A stretch of DNA of 64,000 nt from Octopus sinensis (taxonomy: Eukaryota), in assembly GCF_006345805.1 (NCBI RefSeq), contig NC_043007.1, positions 26,536,001 through 26,600,000 of the forward strand, read 5' to 3'. Numbering within the stretch: position 1 is the first letter of the stretch; each line of letters opens with the position of its first letter. Shown here piece by piece: positions 24,432 through 39,017 of the stretch. The notes below the pieces were generated by a model, which saw only the letters and a program-made list of their open reading frames with translations, did not search any database and was not told where the DNA came from. A program made the position numbers and the translations under genes.

Positions 24432-24870
24432 ATGTTACTACTACTACTACTATCACCACTACCACAACTATCACCACCACCACCACCACTACTACTACTG
24501 CCACCACATCACCACCACCACCGCTACCAACGTTACTACTACTGCTGCTGTTGCTGCTGCTGATGCTGCTGTTACCACTACTAATATTTCAGTTACTCCT
24601 CTGCTTCCTCCTCCCTTTTCATCCTCCTCCTACTTCACCTTTCCCTCCACCTTCATCCTCACACTCAATCCATTTCTTCTCCTTCTCTACTCTTTCTCTT
24701 TCTCTTTCTCCTCCTCCTTTTCCTCCCCTCCTCCTACTTCTATTCATAATATCCACTTCCACCGCTATTAATACTGCCACCACCACCACCAACAACAACA
24801 GCAACACAAGCATCACCACCACCACCACCACCACTACTACTACTACTACTACTTTAAGCTCTACTATAGT
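17968..24870. repeat. About 7-kb mosaic of trinucleotide repeats (CAT, ACC, AAT, TAG, CAG, ACT) with higher-order units
   Basis: Direct reading; about 190-250 bp units starting CACTACCCTCATCATC recur near 20939, 21171, 21357 and 21612; CATCGTTTTCATGATCATCCC recurs in 22980-23230. Confidence 0.95.
19044..19136. repeat. Inverted pair of SINE tail-B fragments (hairpin)
   Basis: ATCCTTTGTATTATAGGCACAAGGCGTGAAG versus the reverse complement of CTTCAGGCCTTGTGCCCATAACAAAAAGGAT. Confidence 0.8.
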
Positions 24871-26735
24871 ACATTATATTTGTTATTGTTGTTAAACAGC
24901 TCATGCATTAAAAATAACAAATATATCATTTTGAAATTAGAGATCGAAAAATAGAAATGATGTTGCAATCTAGTTTATGCAAGCGGATGAAAATAAGTTT
25001 GTTGACCTGGCTACAGTGGTATATATAAGCATATAAACAAAATAAATGTTCACTAAGAGCTAGGCGAAGATATCCTTGAACCAGAGAAATCGAGAGGAAT
25101 ACGAAAGATATTTTAACAAATACACTTAAATAACAAAAAAATTAAAAGCAAAAGAATGTTGAGAGAATTTTTTAGAATTATGTTTGGTATTAAAATTGAA
25201 GACAGAGCGTAGAGAATATCCTTGAGAACAAAGAAAACGAAATTAAAAGCAAATCCGAAACGAAATATTAGAAAACAAAACTGAAGAAATATTGGAATAT
25301 TAAATTATTTTGAAAAATAAAGATAAGAGAAATAAAATTTGATATGAAAAAGCAAAATGGAAATTATAGAAAAAAACTGATAAATAAGATTAAAAATATT
25401 GAAATAAAGAAGAGAATATTTAGAATAAACTACTGTAAGAAAATTGGGAAAAAAATAGCGTAAAACAGAATTGTAAAAAATACAATTGAATAAAGAAATT
25501 TGTATAAAAAAGAAACGAACATTTTTGAAGAAAATGTTTTAAAAATCATAATTTTAAAATAAAATAGTGCAACAACACTGCAAAATGAAATATTTTAGAA
25601 ATAAAAGGAAGAAAAGAAAAAAAAAGGAAAGAAATTGAATCGAAATTTTCCATCGAGAAAGAGATTAAAGCGCGGAAGTGAAAGTAAAGAAAATTGACCT
25701 TGAAATGGTGAATGAATGTGAAGTCGATGTTTCATAATAACTGTTGACCTGTGAGACAATATGGCTGTGATGATATAATAATGTCGGCATTACATACACT
25801 AGCGACAGCAGTGATTGTAACTTATGGTGACGTCATCGATCGGTAATCGATTCGAGCATAACACAAATACCACAGAGCTACGCACACAAAAACACATTAA
25901 CGAGCAATAAAGCACACACACACATACACAGACACACATATATATACATATATATATATATATATGTGTGTGTATGTGTGCGTGCTTGCAAGCACAGGCA
26001 CATACTCATGCAGAGACGTACGACGACGACGCTACACCAAAAAGCTCCGCTAGACATTAATCATTTTTGATTTGTTGCTGATTGCATCAAAGTTGAGTAG
26101 ATTGTTATGTCTACCGAAAGCGTCGTCTCTGTGTGTGCTTGTGCGCGTGTAAGTAAGTGTGTGTGTGTGTATATATGTGTATGCCTGTGCGTGTGAATAA
26201 AAGTATGCATATATAAATCACACACATGACTTCCTGTATATATATATATACATATATACATATATATATGCAAATATATATATATGCATATATATATGTA
26301 TATATATATATCTATATATATGCATATATATATATGTATACATATATATATGCATATAAATATACACATATATATATATATATATGTATATACATGCATA
26401 TATATATATATGTGTATATATATGCATATATATGTGTGTGTGTGTTTGTGTGTATGCATATATATATGCATATATATATTATATATATATATATAATATG
26501 TATATATATATATATATATTATATATTTATATATTCATTCTTTCGGATTTTCGTATATATGAATACATACATATGTATGTATATTTCTATATGTGTGCGT
26601 GTGTGTGTGTGCGTGTGTGTGTTGTTACATAAATTTATGTATAATATTTATGGTCGTGTTTGATGTTGATATTCATGTTCATAGCCGCTTCGTTTATGTT
26701 TTCCCTTGCTGTTTATGTTGTTCTTGTCGTTGTCG

Positions 26736-26768
<33 letters not shown>

Positions 26769-28078
26769 TTAGCGACGGCGGTGACGGTTGCAGATGCTGC
26801 TGCCTCTGCTGCTGCTGCTGTCGCCATTGCTGCTGAAGTTGTTGATTGCTTCTTCTTCTTATATTTGTTGTTTCCCACCATATTTTTTCTCTCCCTGTTT
26901 TGTTTACATTTTTCTGGGGGGTTTTGTTTTTTTTAACTTGATGGAATTTGCTGTCGTCGTTATTGTTGTTGTTGTTGTTGTTTACGCTGGTTGACACGAA
27001 TGATTGTTTTGTTTTCTTTTTATCTTATTGTTTGCTGATTGCTATTGTTATTCTCCATTGTTACTGCTGTTACTCATTTGCATTGATCTACATCGACGTT
27101 GACATATAGCTTACTCACAGATCGAACCTGAACTAATCCACACACGATCAATTACGTTCGAATCTTCACCACTTCGAATTTCAATTAGGTATAGTATATC
27201 TAGGACTAAAGTTACCCCGTGTATTGCCTTTCCTTTTTTAACCCTTAATCTGTAAAATTCTCTGAAATAAGTGAATAAAATGCGTCGAGATATTTGTCAT
27301 TTCTGCAAACTTTTTCTGAAAAAATTGCAACGAGTTAAGCTTTTCTTTTTATCGTACAGGGTTGTCTGAAAAATATCAGCCAAATATGCTAGGTTCGAAA
27401 AACTTTAGTACATAGGGCACGATGCCTTTTGTTATGTGTTCTACCTCTTTGAAGGCCAACTGACTGCATAAAATTCCTTTATATGTGCCGATGTCATGGT
27501 AACGTTGGTTCGGATACGTGTAGTTGAAACTGTTTAATTGGCTGCAACGTATATTGAATGTATATTGATTGTAAAAACTACTGATTATTTTCATTTGGCA
27601 ATGGTCAGGTAGGCGATAATGTACTGCTGATGCTGTTAAAAAAAACGTATTGTGGGTTGGTAGCGGATCTGATACTAAATAGATGAGAGCATTGCATCTG
27701 AGTGATATGTAACAATGACAAATTTTACTGCTTACATTACAAAGTGGCTTGGTATGAAGGAATGGTGTTCTGAGACGGCAGAGAGACAACAGCTCTGTTC
27801 TTTTTTTTCAAATGATCTTAGTGATTGCTAAAAGACCTGAATTTTCTTTGGTAGAAATAAATTGAGCACCAAGTTTTGTCGGTATACGGCTGTGCGGATA
27901 CTGGAGATTGTGAGAATATTTTCAATTTAGCTGTCCGTAAACTTCATGGTGCATTGTTATACTCTCGTGCAATACACACTACGCGATGTTTTGAAACGGA
28001 AAACGTGTCGGTTTTGTCTTAATTTGAAGATCTCTATAATATATATATATACATACATACATACATACATACATACAT

Positions 28079-28128
<50 letters not shown>

Positions 28129-28809
28129 TATGTGTTTGTATATATGTACATACATACGCATGAATGTACACATACGTGGCCTATATGTGTAGTAGACTTA
28201 ATGAACCAACTAACTTTGAAATAACATTTGGTCCTTGTTCGATTTCAGGGAACTACACTATGTCACCAGCATTCGAGCACCTTTTCCAGTCGGAATATAA
28301 CTTTCTACCCTCTTCCTTATCTTCCATCAATCTCGTACGTTAAGCAAAGGATCAAGCATGCTGAATTCTCTTATCACTAATTCTGAAGTCACAAGACATT
28401 CTTCAACTTGCGCGTAAATTTGAAACCGTTGTTCATACACACACATATATGTATATACATATATATATATATCCATATATACATGTATATATATATACGT
28501 ATATATATATAAGTATATATATATATGAATATATGTATGTATATATATATATTTCGCTGCTGTTCATTGGGATCGAAACCGCAAATACATTGTTCCATAG
28601 TGTGCACTCTAGCCACACATGTTCTTACATGATGATGTTAGTATGATGCTGAATAGGTAAAAAGAAGACACAACAGAAGAAGGGGTAGGAGGACGGGGAG
28701 GAGGACAAGAAGAAGAAGAATGACGAGCCTCTAACATTCTACCGTTGACACAATTACCAACCCTATTATAAATATGTTATATATATATGTATATATACAG
28801 ATATATATA

Positions 28810-28866
<57 letters not shown>

Positions 28867-28871
28867 ATATA

Positions 28872-28913
<42 letters not shown>

Positions 28914-29192
28914 CTGTCACACCAGTAACTGGTGGAATGATAGAAGTACAAATCGTTACCAAATACAGTAATGGAGTCAGTCATAAGTGTATTTGTACGA
29001 TCAACATCATCGTCATCGTCGACGTCATCATCATCAGCAGCAGCAGCATCGCCGTCGTCATCATCTTCGTCATCATCATCGTCGTCGTCTTCGTCGCCAT
29101 CGTCGTCATCATCATCATCAACCGTCATTTATTCGCCTCTCTACTACTAACGATCACATTCACAGCCTTGTGTCCCCCGTTTAGTCAATCTT

Positions 29193-29271
<79 letters not shown>

Positions 29272-29276
29272 TAGTA

Positions 29277-29327
<51 letters not shown>

Positions 29328-30072
29328 CTGGCGGTGGTGATGCGTGTGGATGAGGTGGTGTGGGTGGTTATGATGATGATAATGACAACAAGAATAATGA
29401 TAATAAATCTGCTGTTATTACTGCTACTGCTGCTGCTGTTTTCGCTGCTGCTGCTGTTGTCGCTGCTGCTGCAGATGGTGATGACACCACTGGTGACGAT
29501 GAAGACGTCGAAAGACTACGACAGGGATGGCGATGATAGTGATGTTGCTGCTGTTTCTTCCATGAGAGGAACTTGAGATATTCGCTAGAAGCGGATGCTG
29601 GTCTTCATTTTGAAGTGCCCCGTTCGCATTGTGGTGCGTGTCCTTATTTCGGCAATCTCATATTACACAACACACGCAAAAAATATACATGCACGCATGC
29701 ATATACAATAAAGGCATACGCAGAACACGTATACAAATACGCAACGTACATAGATACAGATATCGGCGCATGCAAACTTCTTGACGTATGAAGGCGTACA
29801 TTTATCTACTTAAATAGATTCAGGTATACATATGCATTTCTGCGACTCTGTATGATTGAATTTATGATCGCATGTGTGTATGTACGCACGCACGACACAC
29901 ACAACAGTGACGCGCACGCAAGCACACACACACAATTACATAAGCACACACATACACACACATTTATATACGTATATATGCCAGCATGGGAAACGGACGT
30001 TAAAAGATGATGATGATGTTGAAGAGGAGGATGATAATATGCACATAATATACATACATATATTTGTATGTA

Positions 30073-31359
30073 TCGGGTCATCTCATAAGTTCTGTCCGAA
30101 TTTTGAATAAAGAAAACAAATGTTCAAATGTTAAATTTAATTGAAATTTAATCATCAAAGTACTTTACCCTGATTATCTATGACTTCCTTCCATCTATTT
30201 ACAAGCTTTTTAATCCCATCAATGTAAAACTCTTTTGGTTTCAAAGCGAAGAACTCTGAAATGTCGGTTTCGACCTCCTCCTGGCTTGCGAAAGTTATGT
30301 CCCCCAAATGACTGTAAGCTACGAAACAAATGGTAGTCTGAAGGAGCAAGGTTGGGAGAATAAGGTGGATGAGGAATTTTTCCCCAACCAAGCTCGTCGA
30401 TCTTCTGTGATGTGATCTTTGCGGTGTGGGGTCGCCTATTGTCCCGATGAAACATTACACCTTTTCAATTCACTAAAGAGGGTATTTTCTTCTTCAAAGC
30501 TTTGTCCAAACGCTCTAATTACTGACAGTAGACTTGAGCATTGATTGTTGCATTAGGTGGTAACAATCCAAAGTGAATTACTCCTTTGCAATCCCACCTG
30601 ATAGAGAGAAGAATCTTTTTCCCATGAAGTTCTTTTCTCGGTTGTGGTTGAGCTTTTTCCCTTTCACCAAGCCACTGTTTACGTTTAACATTTCAATGGA
30701 AGATCCATTTTTCGTCACCAGTCACAAGTCTATGTCCAAAAAAGGTGAAATAAATTCGCGAGAATGGATTGAAGAGCAGATGTCAGCTCGGGATTTGCAG
30801 TTGCTCTCGGACAGTTCATGAGACACCCATTTTCCAAGTTTAGGAACCTTTCCAAGAGGTTGAAGATGACGATGAACAGTTGTATGGTTTGAACTAAGCT
30901 TTATTGCCAATTCTTCAACTGATAATGCAGGATTTTCTTCAAGTACTGCCCCAAGGAGCTTATCACCAAACTCAACTGGACGTCCTGTTCGATCTTCATC
31001 TTCAAGGCTGAAATCTCCACTTCTGAATTTTTCAAACTATCTTCGACAAGTTCTTTCATACAAGCATTCTTTCACATAAACTGAATATATGTTTCCAGTC
31101 GCTGCGGCTGCAAAGTTTCATTTTTGGAATCATAAAGCATTATGTGCCTTACATGATCTTTGGATACTTCCATGTTAGAAAGAGTTTTAATCAAAGAAAT
31201 TATAATTCTATTATTCTGTAAAATAATATTTAATTAGTTTAAATGTACACAAATGCATAAAAATAATTTTGAATTCTATTAGACATTCTAAAATACTATT
31301 AAATTTATTTCAATTTTAAAAATGGTAAAATCGGACAGAACTTATGGGATATGACCTGT
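30073..31359 (-). mobile_element. Full-length (about 1.29 kb) decayed mariner transposon, DD34D
   Basis: About 30-bp TIRs (GGTCAT..CATAAGTTCTGTCCGA), TA on both sides; transposase motifs GKWVSHELS, VTGDEKW, FHRDNRRPH, HPPYSPNLAPSDYHLF. Confidence 0.95.
30148..31173 (-). pseudogene. Mariner transposase pseudogene
   Basis: ATG (MEVSKDHVRHIMLY) at 31173; several frameshifts and stops; ends ..WKEVIDNQG(K)YFDD* near 30148. Confidence 0.9.
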
Positions 31360-31616
31360 TATATACACATATATATATATATATATATAATATATAATAT
31401 ACAATATATATGGATGTGTATATGTATTATACGTATGTATATATACACATACATATATATGTATAGGCACACGCACACACACACACACACACGTATATAT
31501 GCATATATTCATACACACACATACATATGTATGTGTATGGATATGAGTTTATGAATATTTGTATGTGAATATATATATATATATATATATATATAGATAG
31601 ATAGATAGATAGATAG

Positions 31617-31673
<57 letters not shown>

Positions 31674-32004
31674 GGAACGATAAGTAGATAGAGGGACAGA
31701 CAGACAGACAAACAGGCAGACAGACAGATATATTCCTGTATATGCATGTTCCATTAAAATAACACAAGCAAACTCGTAAATACGATTTCATTTAATTCAA
31801 TAGGAAGCTTTGTCTTACGTAAGACTTCAGATCTAATGCTATACAATAATCTAAATATAGTATCGTCATTGAAAGTGTAAGACAAACAATGGTTTATTGA
31901 TTTTCGATGTACTTTAGTAATCAAAACAGAGACGCTATGTGATAGATGAGAAAAACACCGTTTCAAAGTGGGCTTCCCCGAAGACACTACTATACACATT
32001 CTGT

Positions 32005-32239
32005 TATTCTTTTTTTAGCTGTTCCAGTTAATTGACTGCGGCCATGCTGGAGCACAGCCTTTAGCGCCGGAGAAATCGGCCCCAGAACTCATTCTGTGTA
32101 AGTCTAGTACTTATTGCATCAGTTTATTTTGGCGAATTGCTGAGTTACGTGGAAATAAACACACCAACATCAGTTGGCAAGCGATGGAGGTGCTGACGAA
32201 CACATATATTATACATACATACATACATACATACATACA

Positions 32240-32275
<36 letters not shown>

Positions 32276-32349
32276 TATTGACTCAAATATATATTTTTTA
32301 ACCTTTTAAAACAAGCCTTCTGTAGTTTTTTTCACTTTTTACTATTTTC

Positions 32350-32401
<52 letters not shown>

Positions 32402-32536
32402 TCACATATATATATACGACGGGGATATTTTCAGTTTCGTTTACTAAATCCACTAGCATGGTTTGATCAGCCGAGGCTATAGTAGAAGACACCTGCCCAA
32501 GTTGCTATGGCAGTGGGGACTAAACCACACAGCCAC
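32005..32536 (-). mobile_element. SINE family 4 (GTAGGAGTGGCTGTGTGG head, GCTCCAGCATGGCCGCAGTC tail), degraded, internal microsatellite expanded
   Basis: Matches 49956-50360 and 50977-51369. Confidence 0.8.
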
Positions 32537-32572
32537 AGTATATATAGCTAAATAAATCTAATCTATCCCTCA

Positions 32573-32631
<59 letters not shown>

Positions 32632-33273
32632 CGTGTACATACTTGATGCCAGTTGCCAAATGGCTAAAAACTGATTTTTTTTTGGGGGGGCGGATTTTGC
32701 ATTCCAAAAATACTTGCAATTCAACAACAGAATAGGAAAGAATAATCACCAGAATTCAACGAATGCTACTGGTGACCGTATGTTCGGCTCAGTCTTCCAA
32801 AGTGCTGCCCTGACATGGCCGCACTCCAGTGACAGAAACAAGTTCATCACTAAAACATGAAAGACTACCCAAAAAATGGCTTACAAAAACATTCAATAAG
32901 TGGATAAATATCTTAGACGTGATTTGCGTTGAAACAGTTGTATATCTGCTCGCTCAAGTAAACATAGTGGCAACTGTGTTTAAAATGCACTTTTTTCAGG
33001 TTAAATATTTTATTCTGAACAAAGACCCCGACATATCTGAAGAATCAGCACCACCACCTCTTGACATTTACTGCTGCATTGTAGATACAATGTCCTCCAG
33101 GAGGCGCTGCCGGCCATGTTATGAATCACTCTGCTGTGTGTAACCTACTTTCATTATGATGTTTTAAAATTGCATAATTTGCTTTAAATACTAACGATGA
33201 TTCCCAACTGGTATGTATTTAGTTAAGTATGTATGTATGTATGTATCTATCTATCTATCTATTTATCTATCTA

Positions 33274-33360
<87 letters not shown>

Positions 33361-33464
33361 GTCTATCTTTCTATCTATCTATCTATCTATCTATATATCT
33401 ATCTGTCTATTTACCTATCTCTTTTCTCCCCTTTTCTCTCTTTATATTTATATATATATGTACG

Positions 33465-33539
<75 letters not shown>

Positions 33540-33729
33540 TGTGTATAAAGAGAGGAGGGAGAAAGATAGATAAATAGATAAATACATGCATATATACGTG
33601 CATACATACATACAAACAAATATACCCGATTGTTGATGTTGAAATTCCAATGAAGGAGCCTTGGATCTAGGTTAGAAACCGACTCTTTCCCTATAGGCAA
33701 GACATCTTGAAATAAAGCTGAAGAATGCC

Positions 33730-33785
<56 letters not shown>

Positions 33786-35677
33786 TAGATAGATAGATAC
33801 ATACATACATACATACATACATACATACATACAACATACATATATATATATAATGTAATTAATATATGAAGATAAATATAGTATATATAGATAGATACAC
33901 TTGTTTATATGTACATGTGAGTGTGAATGTGTGTGCGTGAGTGTGTGTATTTACAAGCGTTATATATCGATACTTTTTGGTGTTTATATATATGCACATG
34001 CCCTGAAGCAATGTTCATTAAACAAAGCAAACTAGGGCCCTAGGAAAGATGAGGTGATCTCTGCTGACAAAAGAGAACCGTTAATAATATTCCTTATATT
34101 GAATTATTTCTTGTGACATGAGGAGAAGCTAACAGTAACGTCTCAGGCGGGAATATTTTTCAGCAGAGATAAATAAATGTCATGTCACAAGAAGGGGGAA
34201 AACAAACGTTGAAAAGTGTCTCCTTGGAGCTGAAATATAAATTCGCTATTGTTATGAAGTATTGACTCTCCGCCGTTCGCCCACAAAAACAAACATTTTT
34301 AAATACGTTTTGAAATATTACTTGTTATCTCTCCTGCAGACACATGCGGTTATTCAATTTTCAGAACTTTAAACAATAATCTTGATTACTTCGCAATCTT
34401 TGTATTTGTATTTCCAGGCAGTGAAAGAAGGGTATTATCTGACAGAAGCAATTTTAATCTTTAAGCTGATGAGTGAAAATTTACAAGTCTTTTCTAAATA
34501 TTTACTCGAGAAACGTTACACTGTTGTTTTATGTCGGTGTCGAAATTCTAATCATGGTTTTCTCAGTCTCCGTTAGATAACACCACCTGCTTCACATGAG
34601 CAAATGAAGGTATATGAAGAATAGCCTAGAATCCTGTAATACGACATAATCATAACACATCTATATGTATGCATACACACACATGAATACATACATACAT
34701 AAATACACATATATACATACATATATATAATATAATAATATACATATATATATTATATATATATATATATTATATATAATATATATATATATATAATATT
34801 GGCGTATTCAGAAGGCAGGGAGCATCAGGCTACACATTGCATTCAACATTTGTATAGCAATAGTGCGATGTTATGTCACTGTTAGATAAAAAGACATATT
34901 AGATAATACCTGTATATGGATTGACGTCTCTACGAATTAAAGAAACCTGATGAATAGACCTCACCTACACTACATGATAAAAGGAGTAAAGATTCTTTAT
35001 CACAAAAATAACACATACAATGTGTGTATGTGTGTCGATGTACGTTTATATATATTATATATATAATATATAGAGAGATTAGAGAAAAACCACTATTATG
35101 TAATTCAAACAATGATAGACATAAACCATAGAAAAAATACAATATATATATAACATATATATAGATCACAAAAAAGTTTTTAAAAAATGAATAAACATTA
35201 TATAATAAGTAAAAAGACTACGTAAAAAGATTCCTTTCACGCTAGGATTCCTTCTAGCGGGAAAGAAATCCTATGATGGTTACCTCTTATGTGTTTAAAT
35301 GTACAATGAATTTATATGAATAATATATAGTCTATTGACTAATTTTTCTACACGCTAGGCCACAGGTAGTAAAAATTTCTAAAATCTTTATTACCCTGAT
35401 ATTATTAATTATATATATATAAGCAAAATTTAGAGGATTGACCACTAAATTTTGTATGTAAAAAATTTTTAATCTTCGGATTTTTAAAAAAATATGCTAG
35501 GCCACTGGTTTTAATTGGTTAATATCAATTTCTATCCTTATTTAATTATATATATATATATAGATATATATATATATATATTTATATCTAATGTAGGGTA
35601 AAATTTTTTCGAAAAAAAATTTTATCAATGGCCAGCATATTAAAAATATACCTTTAAAGATTAAATTCATAAACAAC

Positions 35678-35891
35678 TTATAAATAAGGGCAAACGAAAA
35701 AATTGAGGAAGGGAGGGTTCTTATGAACTAACCTTGAAATCGGTCCGATATGGTAATAATGGAATTTTTTAGAAATTTCTGTCGACCTTTTTTTAGTATC
35801 GTGCGTTTTGTGAAAAATTAGATGGTTATGGACAATATGTCCAATTTCGGCATATTTGGCATTAGAAATGTTTTCGTTTGGCCCTTATTTA

Positions 35892-35894
<3 letters not shown>
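35678..35894. mobile_element. MITE, about 215 bp, 23-24 bp TIRs
   Basis: TTATAAATAAGGGC(C)AAACGAAAA at both ends in inverted orientation. Confidence 0.8.
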
Positions 35895-35952
<58 letters not shown>

Positions 35953-35987
35953 ATGGAGTTAAAACGACGAATTAACAAAATTCTTTA

Positions 35988-36070
35988 TTTTCGACTATTG
36001 TTTCGAAGGCTGCATATTTCTAATTGCGAAGGAATACGGAGTATATTATGCCGCTTTCTCATCAGGAAAA
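35988..36070 (-). ncRNA. Type I hammerhead ribozyme motif with intact core
   Basis: Minus strand: UUUUC-CUGAUGA-GAAAGCGGCAUA..UAUGCAGCCUUC-GAAA-CAAUA-GUC^GAAAA; 5-bp stem I, 10/12 paired stem II, 2-bp stem III. Confidence 0.7.
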
Positions 36071-36244
36071 GCAAGGAACTTATGTCAACATCAAGATGCA
36101 CAAAAAACTTATAGATGACTGCTCACACGGAGCCCATAGTGTCTTCTCTGATGTGAATTTGGTACCCAGGTATCGGTAACCGAATTATCCATAACAAGAT
36201 AATTCATTCAACTACTCAAATATATATATATATATATATATATA

Positions 36245-36928
36245 CAGAGCGGGCATAAGATCACGCACCATCTTGCAATATGCGAAATTGTTAACACTCT
36301 CTTCTATTTTGCTCTTTTCACACCTGCCGATATTACTCACAAATCAATCCTCATTGGACGGAGACAGATACTGAAGTCGGGGGCAAGGTAACGGTATGGT
36401 CTGTGATTTGGCACAATTGGACCACTTTATTTTGAGGGCTCTGTAACAGGTAATTCCTATCTGGATATGTTTGGCAACAAGTTGATGCCCTGCGTGCATT
36501 CACTTGGAAGGGAAAAATCCTGTCTGGTTTCAGCAGGATCGGGCTGTGCGCCATTATGCATTACAGGTTTTTGATTTTCTGAATGAACATTTTTGAGAGA
36601 TGGCTCGGGCGTCGCAGGCCAATGGAATGGACACCACGGTTACCAGATTTAATTCCCATGGACTTTTTTCTTTGGAAGCAACATTTAAAAATTATGTATT
36701 CTGGAAAGATTCGTGACCTAGGACATGTCCTTCAAAGGATTGTTGAAGCGTTTGAACATGTCAACGGCAGTTAGCAGCTATTTGAGAGGGTTAATCGCAA
36801 TTTCAAATTCCGTTTGAGCATTAGAGCTACTTGGCCAATACTTTGAACATTTGTAGTAGATTACCTAATTCATTGCTAATAAAGAATGCTTGATATCTCC
36901 AGTAGTTAGTTATTTTGTGGATACCCTG
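36245..36928 (+). mobile_element. Decayed Tc1/mariner fragment, DD41D (rosa)-like
   Basis: Frameshifted VWFQQDRA..ERWLGRRRPMEWTPRLPDLIPMDFFLW, about 41 residues D-to-D; right end ..ATACCCTG|TA; left TIR matches poorly. Confidence 0.8.
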
Positions 36929-37560
36929 TACAAAAAAGAATTTCGTTCAAGACGTTTTCTCCACGTGATGAGTCGTAGTGCAAATATATATGATAAAAGA
37001 AGCAACAAACACAAATTTATATAGCTTTCAGGAAAAATACGTTTTTTATTTTTTTGTTTGTAATGAAATATTCTACAGATACTTTTCAAATGGTTATTTA
37101 AGGATTTAATTTCTAACATTGGAACATTGGAAGTGAATATGTTACGCATCTCCAGTTAGATTTTCACAAGTTTTCAGCGCGTTGTTTCAATAGTATAGGT
37201 AATTTGTAAGATATATTTCAAATAAACTAGAAGTTCGACCGCAAAAGGATAAAAGTCATTGCCAGTAGTAAAGGAGGTAAGGGCAAATACAGGGGAGACA
37301 AATTAATCAAACCTTGTACAGGGATATTCAGTTGGGTTTTGGGCGTTGGGCGTGAGTTGGTACAAATGTTTGTTCTGTGTTGGGGTCGAAATTCTTAAGA
37401 TAACGCTTTCAGTTATAGTAAAAGGCAACAGCTGCGTTTTCAGAAAAATTATTTATACGCAACCAGCATATTGTATACCATGTATGTATAGGTAGAGTGT
37501 GTTGATAGACAGATGTAGATATAGATAGAGATAGAGATGTAGATACATACATATGTTATG

Positions 37561-37591
<31 letters not shown>

Positions 37592-38469
37592 ATATATACA
37601 TACATACATATACATATACGTACGCACGCACACAATACACATATATATTATATATATATATAATTATCTATATATATATTATATATATATTATTATATAT
37701 ATATCATATATATATAAAAATATACATATATGTATATATATAAATACATATATATGTACATATATATACATACATATGATGCATACATACATACATACAT
37801 ACATACATACATACATACATACATACATACAGAAATATACGTACAATATTTACGAACGTAAATCGCTCAAATGGTTTTCTTGTCAGTTTTTAACATCACT
37901 AAATGGACATTTTACATCTGCTACTTCCCAAGTGCAACTAGCAGATGCAACATGTGCACATTTGCCCATCAGATTTTATATTTTTCGTTTTCTTCTTTCT
38001 TTTTCTGTATTTACCAATTCTAAGAAGTATTCTGCACGATATTCGCGAAAGAAAATTAATTCTACTTTCTAACACACCAAGCTAAGCTGTATCATCCGAG
38101 CAAACACTTAAGATGCTTGAAAAGTTGAAAGGGGTAAGTTCTACGCGAAGCATTTTGCTACAAGTAACCAGATCACAAATGAGTATTGAGCAATTCGTTT
38201 CCAGTATGTTACATGTAGGTACTCAATACGGGCACACACGCACCCACACATGCTTGCACATACACGCACACACACCAAAACAACACACACATATATACAT
38301 ATGCCAGTGTGAGAGAATGTATGCCTGTTTTATATACTATATATATATATATATATATATAGATATATATATATATATATTATATGATATATATATACAC
38401 ATATGTGTGTGTTGTGTGTATGTGTGTGTGTGTATGTGTATGTGTGTGTGTGTGTGTGTGGTGTATAAA

Positions 38470-39017
38470 TAATAGAAATATTATACAAACTGTATGAATA
38501 GATGATGTCTAAAGCACCGGCACAGAACGAAGGGTCGAAACATGTGTCGTACTCAATAAAATCTAATACACATTCCATCTCCTATTTCTCTCTGTCGTTG
38601 CTCTCACTTGACCATCGTCCATCTTTCTTTTCCTCTCGTGACCATCCTTCTTACCTGCACTGATCTTCTCAGAACTGGACGTCTCTAATCCCTCTCTACT
38701 ATCTTTTATCTTTTCAAGGAAAATATTTCTCTCAGCGTTCACTATTTCCCCCTCGTTCAGGTCTGATGTTTGTTTTCCTTCGGTTTCCTTGTATGTCCCC
38801 ACAGTCCAATTTTTGGTTATAACTTTGACCCTCCATATATACAAAATTTTATTTTTGGTATTTATAGAAGCAACTATCTTCGAAGACTCAAATTGTCGTT
38901 GACTCCTCCAAATGGGGAGTTGATATACAGCCAACAACTGATGAAGGGTTATAGGTTAACGCTCGGGAAGTAAGTGAGAAAGTCTTACGCGTCGAGTGTA
39001 TGCTCTTCGACAGAAAG
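38470..39017 (-). mobile_element. Penelope-associated repeat remnants with degenerate HHR-like motifs
   Basis: Minus strand 38984-39017 CTGTCGA-AGAGC-ATAC-ACTC followed by TTCCCGAGCGTTAAC (family motif); CGAAACATGT at about 38537. Confidence 0.4.

Noticed and set aside
24900-25700. Strongly A/purine-skewed 800-bp stretch
   Set aside because: No clear period, ORF or termini could be established by eye
25828-25860. CRE palindrome TGACGTCA with nearby ATCGAT sites
   Set aside because: A single 8-mer is expected by chance in 64 kb; no other support
27376-27789. 137-aa non-repetitive ORF (-)
   Set aside because: No recognisable family, TTG/alternative start and no supporting gene structure
34382-34576. 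Possible exon after TTTCCAG acceptor (AVKEGYYLTEAIL..)
   Set aside because: No convincing donor or homology
38563-38937. 124-aa ORF (-)
   Set aside because: No recognisable motif; lies between HHR-like repeat remnants and is probably TE-derived or a chance ORF
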